64,000 nucleotides of DNA from Planctomycetota bacterium (GTDB taxonomy: Bacteria > Planctomycetota > PLA2 > JAEUHO01), in assembly GCA_965223505.1 (NCBI GenBank), contig CBDCWP010000044.1, positions 32,001-96,000 on the forward strand. Direction: 5' to 3'. The stretch's first letter is position 1. Every line of letters starts with the position of its first letter. Under the pieces are notes generated by a model. The model made no database searches. It was given only the letters and a program-made list of their open reading frames with translations, and was not told the DNA's origin. A program made the translations under genes and the position numbers. This document shows positions 29,345 to 38,763 of the stretch, piece by piece.

Positions 29345-32212
29345 CTACCGACCCATCAGGCGCTCTTCCTGCTCGCTCAGGTCCGTGATGTGCGCGCGGA
29401 CGAGGATCATCAAGTGCGAGATCTCGTCGCTGCGGCCCTTGCGGCTGAACAGGAAGCTCAGCAGCGGAAGCTTGCCCAGGAAGGGCGACTCGCTCTGCCG
29501 GTCCACCGTCGTGATGTTCTTCAGACCACCGATCAGGATCGAGCCGCGGTCCGGGATGCGAACCGTGGTGCGAGCCTGCTGCAAGCGCAACTCGGGCAGC
29601 TGGATGATGACCGGCGCGAACGACGAAGCCAGCGTCGTGGCGAACGTCGGGATCGGCTCGATCAGGTCCGCAACCGTCGGCTGCAGTTCCAGCGTGATGT
29701 AGCGGCGGTCGTTGGAGACCGTCGGGCGCACGTCCAGCGTCAGGCCGTCCTGGATGATGCCGACGATCGGGTCCGCGATGAACGAGGTCTGCGCGACCTC
29801 GACGTCGAAGTCCTGGATGTACGACAGCTGGTTGACGACCGTGAGGTTCGCGCGCTGCGTGTTGTAGACGGTGATCGTCGGAGCGGTCAGCGTCCGCGCC
29901 TTGGCGCTCTTCTCGGTCGCCCGGACGACCATCGAGAACTCGGTGTCGTCGAGGTAGCTCAGCGTGAGCGTCGTGCCACCGACCGACGAGAGCACGTTGC
30001 CGAGCGGACGGTCGAAGATGCCCTCCGTGCGGCCGCGGAAGTCGCCGTCGGCGCCGTCGCCGAAGTAGACACCGGCCGACGGGTTCAGGGCGGCGCCCGT
30101 CGTCAGACCACCACCGTTGTTGTCACGGCCGGCCGACGAGTTGTCCTCGAGGCCGTTCGTCACGTCGTCGAGGTTGACGAGCTGACCCGGCGTCTGGTTG
30201 CCCAGGCCGCGGAAGTCGACGCCCACGTCGCGCAGGAAGTTGTCGCCGACCTCGAGGAAGCGGGTCTCGACCGTCACGACGATGCCGGCGAAACCGCGCA
30301 GGTCGTTCAGGAACTGGTCGACCTTCTCCTGCACCTCGGGGGTGGCCTTCACGACGAGCGCGTGATCGCCCTGGCCGCTGACCTCACCCTCGGAGTTCTC
30401 CCAGAACGCGGGATCGACCGCGCCCTTGATGAGCTCGATGAGCTCGTCGATCTGCCCGTAGGGGTAGATGGGCTCTTCACCCTCGGCGCCGAACAGCGGG
30501 TTCTCTTCGTCCGACACGTCGTCGGGGCTCACCAGCTGGATCTTCGGCGGGATGAAGTCCGTGAGACCGCTCGTCAGGTCGGCGACCGAGTGGATCTGCA
30601 CGACGAGGTTCTTCGCCAGCAGGTCCTTGCGCGTGAACTTGATCACGTTGCCCTGCGTCGTCCAGACGATCTCGTCGCCGGCGTACGCCTGCAGCAGGTT
30701 CAAGACGGTTCCCATCGCCACGTCCTGCATGTGCAGGCCCTGGACCGGGTTCTCGTTGATGTCCGCGGCGACGCGGTTGTCGATCATGATGTTGTAGCCG
30801 GTCTGGATCTGAAGGGTCTGCACGACCTGCTGGAACTCCTGGTTGTCCACCGAGATGTTCACCGAGGTGCCGTTGACCTTCTTCTTCAGCGCGGCGGCTT
30901 CCGCATCGACCTCGAAGTTCCCGAACTGCGGGCGGGTGCGCTTGCGGATTTCCGTGATGTCGTCCCAGAACTTCTGCGACGGCCAGACGAGGATCTTGTC
31001 CTGCGGGACGCGCGTGTTCGTGATGTCGTTCATCCACTCGCGGAACCGCAGCTTCTCCTCGCGGAGATAGTCGTTCTCGTACTGCGCGTGCGACGCGCGG
31101 TTCGAAGCGAGCTGGAGGTCCTTGGCCTTCGTGTTGTCAGGCTGCTCGTTGAGGACGAGACCGGCGTAGTAGCCGGCCTTCTCGAAGTCGTCGCGGCCGA
31201 AGGCCTCGACGCCGGCGCCCATCCAGCTCTCCAGACGACGCATCTGCGCCATCAGCTGCTCTTCCTCGGCCATCGCCTGGTCCTGCAGGCTGCCTTCGAT
31301 GGCGCGGCGGCGGGCGGCCGCCTCCTCCGCTTCCTTGAGCGACTGCGCGTTGCGCAGGCCGTTGGAGGTCTCCTGCTCGAGCTCGCCCCAGTCGATGTCG
31401 TAGGGCGAAGCCGTCATGATGAACAGCGACTGCTCGAAGTTCTCGATCGCGTCGTCGAAGCGACCGTTGGCCAGGTGCATGCGGCCGAGGTTGCTGAGCT
31501 GCGCGGCCTTGGTCTTCTGCTCGTCGATGCGCACCTTGGCGATCATGGCCTGCTGGTCGGCGTAGCCGAGCGCGCTGCTGCGGCGGCGACCCAAGAGGTC
31601 CTCGACGATGCGCAGCTCGTGGACGACGTCACGGTTGCCGGGCTGGAGCTTGCGCGCCTCGAGCAAGAGCTTCTCGGCCTTCGCGTACTCGTAGTTGTCG
31701 ACGTGGACGCGGGCGGCCTCGAGCTTCTGGCGAACGAGGAAGCGCGCGCGATCCTGCTCGACCGCGTTGCGGCGGCTGATCTCGTCGGCGAACCCCTCCG
31801 CATCCGGACCGGCGGGCGCGGCCGGCTCTTCGGCCGTCGGCTCGGCGGGCGCCGGCTCGGCAGGCACCGGCTCTTCTTCCGGCGCCGGTGCGGCCGGTTC
31901 CTCTTCCGGCATGGCGGCCGGCTCTTCGGCGACGGCCGGCGTCTCACCGGCGGGACCGTCGACGACGCGCGAGCTCACCACGTCGCCGGGCTTGTCGGCG
32001 TCGCTCGGGCCGGGGCCCGCGGCGGGCATCTCGGCCGGCGCCTCGGCGACGGGCGCATCCGCCGGCGTATCGGCGGCGGGCGCATCGGCGACGACGACCG
32101 GTCCGCTAGCGGGACTGTCGGCGACGATCACGCGGCGGCCGCGGCAGGCGCCGACGACGAGCACGAGGACCAGAAGGATTGCAATCGGTGCGAGTCGGAT
32201 GTTGCGGAACAT
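29345..32212 (-). CDS. Secretin-family lipoprotein with TPR-like region (paralog 1)
   Basis: Lipobox-like VGAC; P/A/E-rich linker; TPR-like helices; N3-like LVVKATPEVQEKV; VETRFLEV; APTITVYNTQRA; TTVRIPDRGSILIGG; PFLGKLPLLSFLF. Confidence 0.85.
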   Translation of the reverse strand: MFRNIRLAPIAILLVLVLVVGACRGRRVIVADSPASGPVVVADAPAADTPADAPVAEAPAEMPAAGPGPSDADKPGDVVSSRVVDGPAGETPAVAEEPAAMPEEEPAAPAPEEEPVPAEPAPAEPTAEEPAAPAGPDAEGFADEISRRNAVEQDRARFLVRQKLEAARVHVDNYEYAKAEKLLLEARKLQPGNRDVVHELRIVEDLLGRRRSSALGYADQQAMIAKVRIDEQKTKAAQLSNLGRMHLANGRFDDAIENFEQSLFIMTASPYDIDWGELEQETSNGLRNAQSLKEAEEAAARRRAIEGSLQDQAMAEEEQLMAQMRRLESWMGAGVEAFGRDDFEKAGYYAGLVLNEQPDNTKAKDLQLASNRASHAQYENDYLREEKLRFREWMNDITNTRVPQDKILVWPSQKFWDDITEIRKRTRPQFGNFEVDAEAAALKKKVNGTSVNISVDNQEFQQVVQTLQIQTGYNIMIDNRVAADINENPVQGLHMQDVAMGTVLNLLQAYAGDEIVWTTQGNVIKFTRKDLLAKNLVVQIHSVADLTSGLTDFIPPKIQLVSPDDVSDEENPLFGAEGEEPIYPYGQIDELIELIKGAVDPAFWENSEGEVSGQGDHALVVKATPEVQEKVDQFLNDLRGFAGIVVTVETRFLEVGDNFLRDVGVDFRGLGNQTPGQLVNLDDVTNGLEDNSSAGRDNNGGGLTTGAALNPSAGVYFGDGADGDFRGRTEGIFDRPLGNVLSSVGGTTLTLSYLDDTEFSMVVRATEKSAKARTLTAPTITVYNTQRANLTVVNQLSYIQDFDVEVAQTSFIADPIVGIIQDGLTLDVRPTVSNDRRYITLELQPTVADLIEPIPTFATTLASSFAPVIIQLPELRLQQARTTVRIPDRGSILIGGLKNITTVDRQSESPFLGKLPLLSFLFSRKGRSDEISHLMILVRAHITDLSEQEERLMGR

Positions 32213-32421
32213 GGATCTGTTCAGCTCCTCTCGGTGCCGTTCGAAAACAGCGACAAACGATGCGAGAGATTGAGCAGAGACCCTCTCTCTGCCCTGCCTG
32301 ACCGAGCCGCTTCCGCGAACGGAACCGACTCCGCCTCCCTACGACGCGATAGAACAATCGAGGGTGGTCACGCCCGTGTCATAAACCGTGACAGGAAAAC
32401 GGATTCCGGCGCGTGGGCGGG

Positions 32422-34224
32422 CTAGCGGCAGACGCGGTTGTAACGGTTCTGTTGGCGGGTCGTCGTGCACAGTTTTCGCGCCGCGTCGCACGCCGCCTCC
32501 GCGGCCTCCGATTGTCCCAATTTCTGTAGAATTTTGGCCTTTAGGAGCCACATCTGACAGGTCCAGTGGGGCAACTGCTTGCCCGCCGTCTCGAGGCGCT
32601 CGAGCATCGCGGCGTCGCGACCGAGCGCGTTCACGCCGCACCAGGCAACCAACGTCCGCGACGTCTTGCGGCCGAGCTCCCACGCGCGTCCGAAGGCCTG
32701 CTCGGCCTGCGCGGCCAGATGGGGGCGGTCGAAGCCCGCGAGGGTCCGACGCGCCTCGCCCAGGCGAAAGTGCGCCTCCGGGTTGGTCGGGTCGCCGTTG
32801 GTCGTGATCCGTTCGGCGGCCCGGACGAGGTCGCTCAGCGCCTGGGTGTCCCCCCGCATCTGGGCGGCGCGCACGTCCAGGGCGAGCTGGTTCAGGACGC
32901 TCACCAGCCCGATCTTCTCGTGCGGGTCGGGGCGGCGCGCGTTCTCCGGGCCGGGCAGGAACGGCTCCACGATGGCGGAGCCGCCGTAGTACTGGGGCGC
33001 GCTCCCGCCGCGGTCGTCCACCCGCACCTCCAGTTCCTTGTATTCAACAAGGATCTGGTTCAGCCTCGCCAGGTTCTGCGCCGCTTTGGCGGGCTGCAGC
33101 ACGGGCTCCGTGCGCCAGGCCGCGCGCTCGAGCCAGTACGCGCGTCCCTCGCCGACGTCGATGAGGGTGCCGGACGGCGAGACGGCCGCGGCGAGCTGGG
33201 CCCAGCCGTAGCGGTTGTGGCCGTACAGGGACTCGGCCACCCGGGCCCGGTCCGGCGGCTGGGTCCCCGCCATCACGTCCCGGCCCATGCCCGGCCCCTC
33301 GACGGCGGGCCAGGGCACGCCGCACAGGCCCGCCAGCGTCGGGGCGACGTCGGCGATGTCGGCGGGATCCGAGCGTACGCCGGCCGGGATGCCGGGGCCG
33401 GCGAGCAGGAACGGGACGCGCAGCGTGGCATCGCCGAGCAGGATGCCGTGACTGGCCTCGCCGAGGTTGCCCAGGCCCTCGCCGTGGTCGGCCGTGAGCA
33501 GGATCAAGGCATCGCCGCGGCCTGCGGCGCGCAGGCCCTTGCGCAGGCGGCCGAAGATGGCGTCGGCGGCCTTGACGTCGTCGACGTAGCGTCCGGTCGT
33601 GTACGGCGCATGGGGCTCGAAGATGTGCACGAAGAGGAACAGCGGCTGCTCCGTGCCGGCCTCCCGGGCGTACCGAACCGCGGCGTCGACGGTGTCGGCG
33701 CCCGGCCGCTCCGCGACGTTCAGGGCGTCCGTGTCGCCGAGATCGCCGTCGTCGTAGCGGTCGAAGCCCTGGTCGAGCCCGAATCCGGCGGCCAGGACAC
33801 CGGCGGAGACGAACGCGCCCGTCCGCCAGCCCGCGGCCTGGAGCCGCTCCGCCAGCAACGGGAAGCCGCGCGTGTCCGGCGGGCGCAGACGGCCGAAGGT
33901 GTTCAGCCGTACGCCGGTGGCAGCCGGCGGTCGCCCGGTCAGCATGGTGGTGTGTCCGGGGAGCGTGAGCGGCACCGGGGAGCGGGCGTCGTCGAAGCGC
34001 AGGCCCGACTCGGCCCAGGCGTCGATGTTGGGGGTGCGTACCGGCGGACGCTCGCCGTCGGGCGTGTAGACGGAGACGTGATCGCGCCGCAGCGTGTCGA
34101 TCGCGAAGAGCACGATCGTGCGCGACGCGCCGCGGTTCAGCTCGGTCGCGCGCCAAGGCTGCCAGATGGCCAGGCCGATGGCGGCCAGGACGGCAATCGA
34201 GAGACCCCACATCCGATGCGACAT
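32422..34224 (-). CDS. Sulfatase-like (alkaline phosphatase superfamily) hydrolase with C-terminal TPR-like region
   Basis: IDTLRRDH, PLTLPGHTTMLTG, GLDQGFD, HIFEPHAPY, TADHGE. Confidence 0.85.
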   Translation of the reverse strand: MSHRMWGLSIAVLAAIGLAIWQPWRATELNRGASRTIVLFAIDTLRRDHVSVYTPDGERPPVRTPNIDAWAESGLRFDDARSPVPLTLPGHTTMLTGRPPAATGVRLNTFGRLRPPDTRGFPLLAERLQAAGWRTGAFVSAGVLAAGFGLDQGFDRYDDGDLGDTDALNVAERPGADTVDAAVRYAREAGTEQPLFLFVHIFEPHAPYTTGRYVDDVKAADAIFGRLRKGLRAAGRGDALILLTADHGEGLGNLGEASHGILLGDATLRVPFLLAGPGIPAGVRSDPADIADVAPTLAGLCGVPWPAVEGPGMGRDVMAGTQPPDRARVAESLYGHNRYGWAQLAAAVSPSGTLIDVGEGRAYWLERAAWRTEPVLQPAKAAQNLARLNQILVEYKELEVRVDDRGGSAPQYYGGSAIVEPFLPGPENARRPDPHEKIGLVSVLNQLALDVRAAQMRGDTQALSDLVRAAERITTNGDPTNPEAHFRLGEARRTLAGFDRPHLAAQAEQAFGRAWELGRKTSRTLVAWCGVNALGRDAAMLERLETAGKQLPHWTCQMWLLKAKILQKLGQSEAAEAACDAARKLCTTTRQQNRYNRVCR

Positions 34225-34353
34225 GGGGGGACTGTATCAGGGGTGCGGGTGCGCGCATCGGACCCGCACCCCGTCACCGATGCCGCCCCCGCGCCGGATC
34301 CCGGCGCCCGGATCGGTATCGGGTTGGGAGACCCGACCGGTCGGGTTCGGACG

Positions 34354-34968
34354 CTACGGCGCGACGCGGTTCTTCAGCGGCGACTGGGTGCCTTCGAAGT
34401 GCACCTTGCTCAAGCCGGCGGCGACGAACGTGTCCAGCACGCGGATCACGTCGCCGTGCGGCACGCTCATGCCGTACGGCGGCGGCGCCACGATCTCGGC
34501 GCGCGTTTCGGGATCGCGGTCGACGAACGCCCACTTGGCCTCGATCACGCGCTGAATCCGTTCCATGACCTCGTCGTACGCGGCAATCCGCGACGCCTCG
34601 TTGCTCTTGTCGATGCTCCACTCGCCGGCCGGCAAGCGGTACGTGTGACTGCCGTCGATCTTCACGAGCGTGTACGCCTCTGCGGGATTCTCGCGGTTCT
34701 TGCGGAACAGCTTGATCTTGATCCGCGGCGCCGTGTCCTCGATGAGTTTGGGAATGTCGGTCGGCCCGCGGTCCTTGGGCATGCTGGCGTCGATGCGTTG
34801 GTCGACGGTTTTGAACTTCAGGCTGAGCAGGAAGAAGATGATGAGCTGAAACACGATGTCGATCATCGGTGTCATGTTCATCTCGGTGTCGTCCCCGGTG
34901 GCCCAGACGGTGGGTCTGCGCCCACTGCCGTCACTCGGGGGAGACCCTGCGTTGGAAGAGTCTGTCAT
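34354..34968 (-). CDS. ExbD/TolR family protein (third copy)
   Basis: AGGAG RBS; MNMTPMIDIVFQLIIFFLL. Confidence 0.85.
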   Translation of the reverse strand: MTDSSNAGSPPSDGSGRRPTVWATGDDTEMNMTPMIDIVFQLIIFFLLSLKFKTVDQRIDASMPKDRGPTDIPKLIEDTAPRIKIKLFRKNRENPAEAYTLVKIDGSHTYRLPAGEWSIDKSNEASRIAAYDEVMERIQRVIEAKWAFVDRDPETRAEIVAPPPYGMSVPHGDVIRVLDTFVAAGLSKVHFEGTQSPLKNRVAP

Positions 34969-35277
34969 TTGTCCGCTCCTGGTGAAGGTGCGGACGGCCG
35001 AACACGGATGTGTCGGCGAACGGGGGTCTGCCGACAGCTTACCTTGGTAGGCGAACGCGACAACAGGGAGAAAGTCGTTCGGGCTTGGGCGACGCGCGCT
35101 GCTCACTCGCATACGGGAAGCGGGAGCGAGGCCGGGACCGGGAGCGGCGTCAACGGCCGTCGATGAGTGCGCGGAGCGACCGCCGTGCGCCGAGGGCTCC
35201 GCTCGACACTCCCGCTAGCCGTTTGCAGAACGGAAGCTGGGCGTCACGCAATGTCGCGTTGGATCGACGACCAACGG

Positions 35278-35859
35278 CTACTTCTGCAGTCCTTGCCCGG
35301 TCATGGTGCCGCCTTCGCTGCTGCGCAGCGGCGGAGCCGCACCCTCGAAGACGACCTGCTGGATGCCGATGTCCACCAGCATGTCCAGCACGCGCACGAT
35401 GTCGCCGTGCGGAACCGCGCCGCCGTCCGGCGGCATCGCGGCGATCTCGCCCTTCACTTCGGGGCTGCGCTGCTGCGCCGCGAACTTCGCGTCGACGACC
35501 TGCTTGATCTGCCCGAACAGGTTGTCGTACAGCGCGAGCCGCGCTTCCGAACCCTTTGCATCCTTCGGCCACGGGCCCTTCGGCAGGTTGAACGTGTGGG
35601 TGTTGTCGATGCGGATCTTCGTGTACGCCTCGAGCTCCTTGCCCTTCTCCTTGCGGAAGAGCTTCACCTTGATCTTCTCGAATTCCGGCGGGAAGGAGGG
35701 CGTGGGGGCCAGGCCGCGGTCCTTCGGCAGCTGGCTGTCGATGCGTCGGTCCACCTCTTTGAACTTCAGGCTGAGCAGGAAGAAGATGATGAGCTGGAAC
35801 ACGATGTCGATCATCGGCGTCATGTTCATTTCGGTGTCGTCGCCTTGCGCGATGTCCAT
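35278..35859 (-). CDS. ExbD/TolR family protein (second copy)
   Basis: AGGAG RBS; MNMTPMIDIVFQLIIFFLL; VPHGDIVRVLD. Confidence 0.88.
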   Translation of the reverse strand: MDIAQGDDTEMNMTPMIDIVFQLIIFFLLSLKFKEVDRRIDSQLPKDRGLAPTPSFPPEFEKIKVKLFRKEKGKELEAYTKIRIDNTHTFNLPKGPWPKDAKGSEARLALYDNLFGQIKQVVDAKFAAQQRSPEVKGEIAAMPPDGGAVPHGDIVRVLDMLVDIGIQQVVFEGAAPPLRSSEGGTMTGQGLQK

Positions 35860-35868
35860 GATCGACTC

Positions 35869-36381
35869 CTACTTGTCCGTTTCCTTGACCGGCTGCTTCA
35901 CGGCGAACTGCATCTTGTAGATCTTGATCTTCTGGTCCGCACAGACCTGCATGATCCACTGCACGTACTGCCACTTCGCGGCGCGGTCACCGTGGATCAG
36001 GACCGGAATCATGCTCGACGAGTCCGGCTCGCTGAACTTCGGGTCCGCCGTGAGCGCCATGAGCTCTTGACGCAGCGCCCGAAGCGCCATTTCCTGCGCC
36101 ATCGGATCGGCCGACGACAGGCTCCACGAGTTGCCCTTGAACGTGACGGTGCCGTTCGACTCGAGGTTGATGACGAACCGCGGCGTCTTGTCCGTCGGAT
36201 CCTCTTCGTCCTCGATGCCCTTGTACGCGTGCGGAAGATCGACCGGCACGAACTCCTTGGTCGTGAGGTCGATCGTCAGCATGAAGAACACGACCAACAG
36301 GAAGGTCATGTCGATCATCGGCGTGAGGTTCATGTTGGCTTCGTCGGAATCGACGACAGCCTTGCTCCGCTTACCAGCCAT
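35869..36381 (-). CDS. ExbD/TolR family protein (first copy)
   Basis: MNLTPMIDMTFLLVVFFML; VDLP; VLIHGDR. Confidence 0.9.
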   Translation of the reverse strand: MAGKRSKAVVDSDEANMNLTPMIDMTFLLVVFFMLTIDLTTKEFVPVDLPHAYKGIEDEEDPTDKTPRFVINLESNGTVTFKGNSWSLSSADPMAQEMALRALRQELMALTADPKFSEPDSSSMIPVLIHGDRAAKWQYVQWIMQVCADQKIKIYKMQFAVKQPVKETDK

Positions 36382-36439
36382 TGCGCCTCCTCGGATTCAC
36401 CGGGTCGGACTTCTTGTTCATCGAGCTGCCAGCGGGCGA

Positions 36440-37132
36440 CTAGCGGCTGCGGAATCGCTCCGTCATATCCTCGAGGATACCGGCGAAGTCGATCGAGATG
36501 CGCGTGGCCTTGTTCCGGAAGTACTGGTACGCGCTCACCGCGGGAATCGCGACGAGCAGACCCAGGAAGGTCGTGACCAGCGCGGCCGAGATCCCACCGG
36601 CGAGGTCCTTCGGCGTCACCTTCGCGCCGAGCGCGACGATGGCTTTGAAGGCCCCGATCATGCCGTACACCGTTCCGAACAGGCCGAGCATCGGCGCGAC
36701 GTTCGAAAGGAACAGCATCCAGCTCACCTTCTGCTGAAGCTTGACGGCCTCGATGCCGGCGGCGGCCTCGATGGCCTCCTTGACCTTCGGGTAGCCCTCG
36801 TTCAGGCGCGGAAGGCCGGCGGCCAATGAGTTCGTCAGGAAGTTCGGCTCCGACTCACAAAGCTCGAGCGCCTCCTGGTACTCATCTTCTTCCAGCAACG
36901 CTTCGAGCTCGTCGATGAGCTCGGGCGGGCAGATCTTGTCGCGCCGCACGTTGACCGAGAACTCGATGACGAGCGCCAACGTCGCGATGGACAGGAAGAT
37001 GATGACCCAACCGATGGCGCCACCCTTGGTCACGACGTCGGAAAGGATCGAGTCGGCGTGTGCGGACGCGGGGAACACGACGGCCGTGAGAACGAAGAGG
37101 GCAGTCAACACTGCGAAGGTCGTCTTGGACAT
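36440..37132 (-). CDS. MotA/TolQ/ExbB proton channel protein
   Basis: Signal-like N-terminus; APMLGLFGTVYGMI; LAGGISAALVTTFLGLLVAIP. Confidence 0.92.
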   Translation of the reverse strand: MSKTTFAVLTALFVLTAVVFPASAHADSILSDVVTKGGAIGWVIIFLSIATLALVIEFSVNVRRDKICPPELIDELEALLEEDEYQEALELCESEPNFLTNSLAAGLPRLNEGYPKVKEAIEAAAGIEAVKLQQKVSWMLFLSNVAPMLGLFGTVYGMIGAFKAIVALGAKVTPKDLAGGISAALVTTFLGLLVAIPAVSAYQYFRNKATRISIDFAGILEDMTERFRSR

Positions 37133-37359
37133 GGCTCCAAAGCACTCCAAATGGGGGCCCCGAGGGGTTCTCGGGGCGGGCGTACGGGCGTCGAAGGGTA
37201 CCTCCCACGCTTGTTTCTTGCTACTCCGTACCAAGCGCTGGGCGCCGGGTCCGTCGCAGCTTCACGAGGTTGCGCCCTTTTCGGGCCTCCGTCGGGGCGG
37301 CCGCCTCGCGCGATCGGTTGTCGGGTCTCCTGAATCGACCGGGAATGGTGTGGGCCGCG

Positions 37360-38763
37360 CTACTTCCGCGCCCACTCCGTGTCTGAGTAGTTGGACTTGA
37401 GCGCCTTGCGCGCCTGGTCCCGCATCTTCTCGTACATCTCCTTCGCGGCGGGCTTCTTGGCGGACTCGGCCGCCTTCGACGCCGCTTCGGCGAGGTAGTA
37501 GTGGGCCAGCGCCGCCTGGTCCCGGACGCCGAAGTTCTTGACACGCACCGTGTCGAAATGGACCAGCGCCTCGACGGCCTTGCCTTCGTGCAGGTACGCC
37601 AACCCCAGGCCGTTCGAGGCGACCGCCTGCACCTCCGGGTCGCGCGCGCCGCTCACGATCGCGTCGGTCACCGCCTTGGACTGCCCGGCGAACTTCGACT
37701 TCAACGCGTCCGGCATGCCGGCCTCGATGAAGACCCGCAGCCGGTTGTAGGTCGCCGCGTTGTCCGCCTCGAGCGCCTGATCGAGCTTGACCTTCGCTGC
37801 GCGAATCCGCGCCCGACTGTAGTACCGACCGAGCTCGAGCTGGAGGCACTTGCGCATCTCGTTCTTGAGGAGCTGGCTTACGATCGTCAGCGCAGACTGG
37901 TACGCCTTCGACGCGTCCTCCGCGTTGCCCTTTGCTTCCTCGATGATGCCGCCGCCCAGCGCCGCTTCGTACGCCCAGCGAGGCGAGAGCCCGAGCGTGG
38001 CGTCGATCGCGTGACCCTGGAGCTCGTCGAAGACCTTCTTCGCCTCCGGGTACTTGCCGAGCCCCACGAGCGTCTTCGCATGCAGGAGCATCGCCTCGGG
38101 ATACCAGCGGCTGTTGCCGTTGGCGAACCGCGTGAGGAAGCCGCCGGTCGTCTTGAACTCGTCGTCCTCGGCGACCTGGTCCGGCCGCGGCATGTCCACC
38201 AACGCCATCAGGGCCTGCCCGAGGATGTCCTTGTTCTTCTCCTTCATGCCGCGCAGGTACAGCGCCTTGCAATAGAAGAAGTGTGCGTACTCACTCTGCC
38301 AACGGGGGCGCTGGTTGCCCTTCGTCGGGTCGCCGGCCATGAAGCTCTTGTACTTGGGCTCCTCGCCGAGCGTGTCCCAACCGCCGCCGTGGACCGTGAA
38401 CAAGGCCTCTGCGGCTTCCTGATAGCTCCCGCGCCGGATGAGGTCCCGCGCCGACTTGATCGTCTCGGCCTCCGCGTCGTTCACGTCGCCGCGCCGCACG
38501 GACGCGACCTCGATCGTGGGGATCTTCTGCTCGGGGCCCTTCGCGCGCTCGCGGTACATCACGAACTGCCAGGTCTCCGACGTGACCTCGTAGACGGTGC
38601 GCGTCGATCGCTCGCACGTCCGGAGATCGATGACCTCGATCTCGTCCGCGGCGGCCTGCGTCGCAAAGGAGAGTCCCAGGACGAAGAGTCCCAGGAGTGC
38701 CAAGCCTCGAATGGATGCGTGCATGGGTGCGGTCCTCTTGATTGCGTCGTTCATGGCGGCCAC
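37360..38763 (-). CDS. Exported TPR-like protein
   Basis: Signal peptide ending AAA-DE; repeated Ala-rich helical hairpins; C-terminal YSDTEWA. Start uncertain (38763/38754/38724). Confidence 0.7.
   Translation of the reverse strand: MAAMNDAIKRTAPMHASIRGLALLGLFVLGLSFATQAAADEIEVIDLRTCERSTRTVYEVTSETWQFVMYRERAKGPEQKIPTIEVASVRRGDVNDAEAETIKSARDLIRRGSYQEAAEALFTVHGGGWDTLGEEPKYKSFMAGDPTKGNQRPRWQSEYAHFFYCKALYLRGMKEKNKDILGQALMALVDMPRPDQVAEDDEFKTTGGFLTRFANGNSRWYPEAMLLHAKTLVGLGKYPEAKKVFDELQGHAIDATLGLSPRWAYEAALGGGIIEEAKGNAEDASKAYQSALTIVSQLLKNEMRKCLQLELGRYYSRARIRAAKVKLDQALEADNAATYNRLRVFIEAGMPDALKSKFAGQSKAVTDAIVSGARDPEVQAVASNGLGLAYLHEGKAVEALVHFDTVRVKNFGVRDQAALAHYYLAEAASKAAESAKKPAAKEMYEKMRDQARKALKSNYSDTEWARK

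Noticed and set aside
37250..37310. c-di-GMP (GEMM) riboswitch-like GAAA hairpin followed by GGGCGCAA
   Set aside because: Lacks the GGCAAA start and second-stem consensus.
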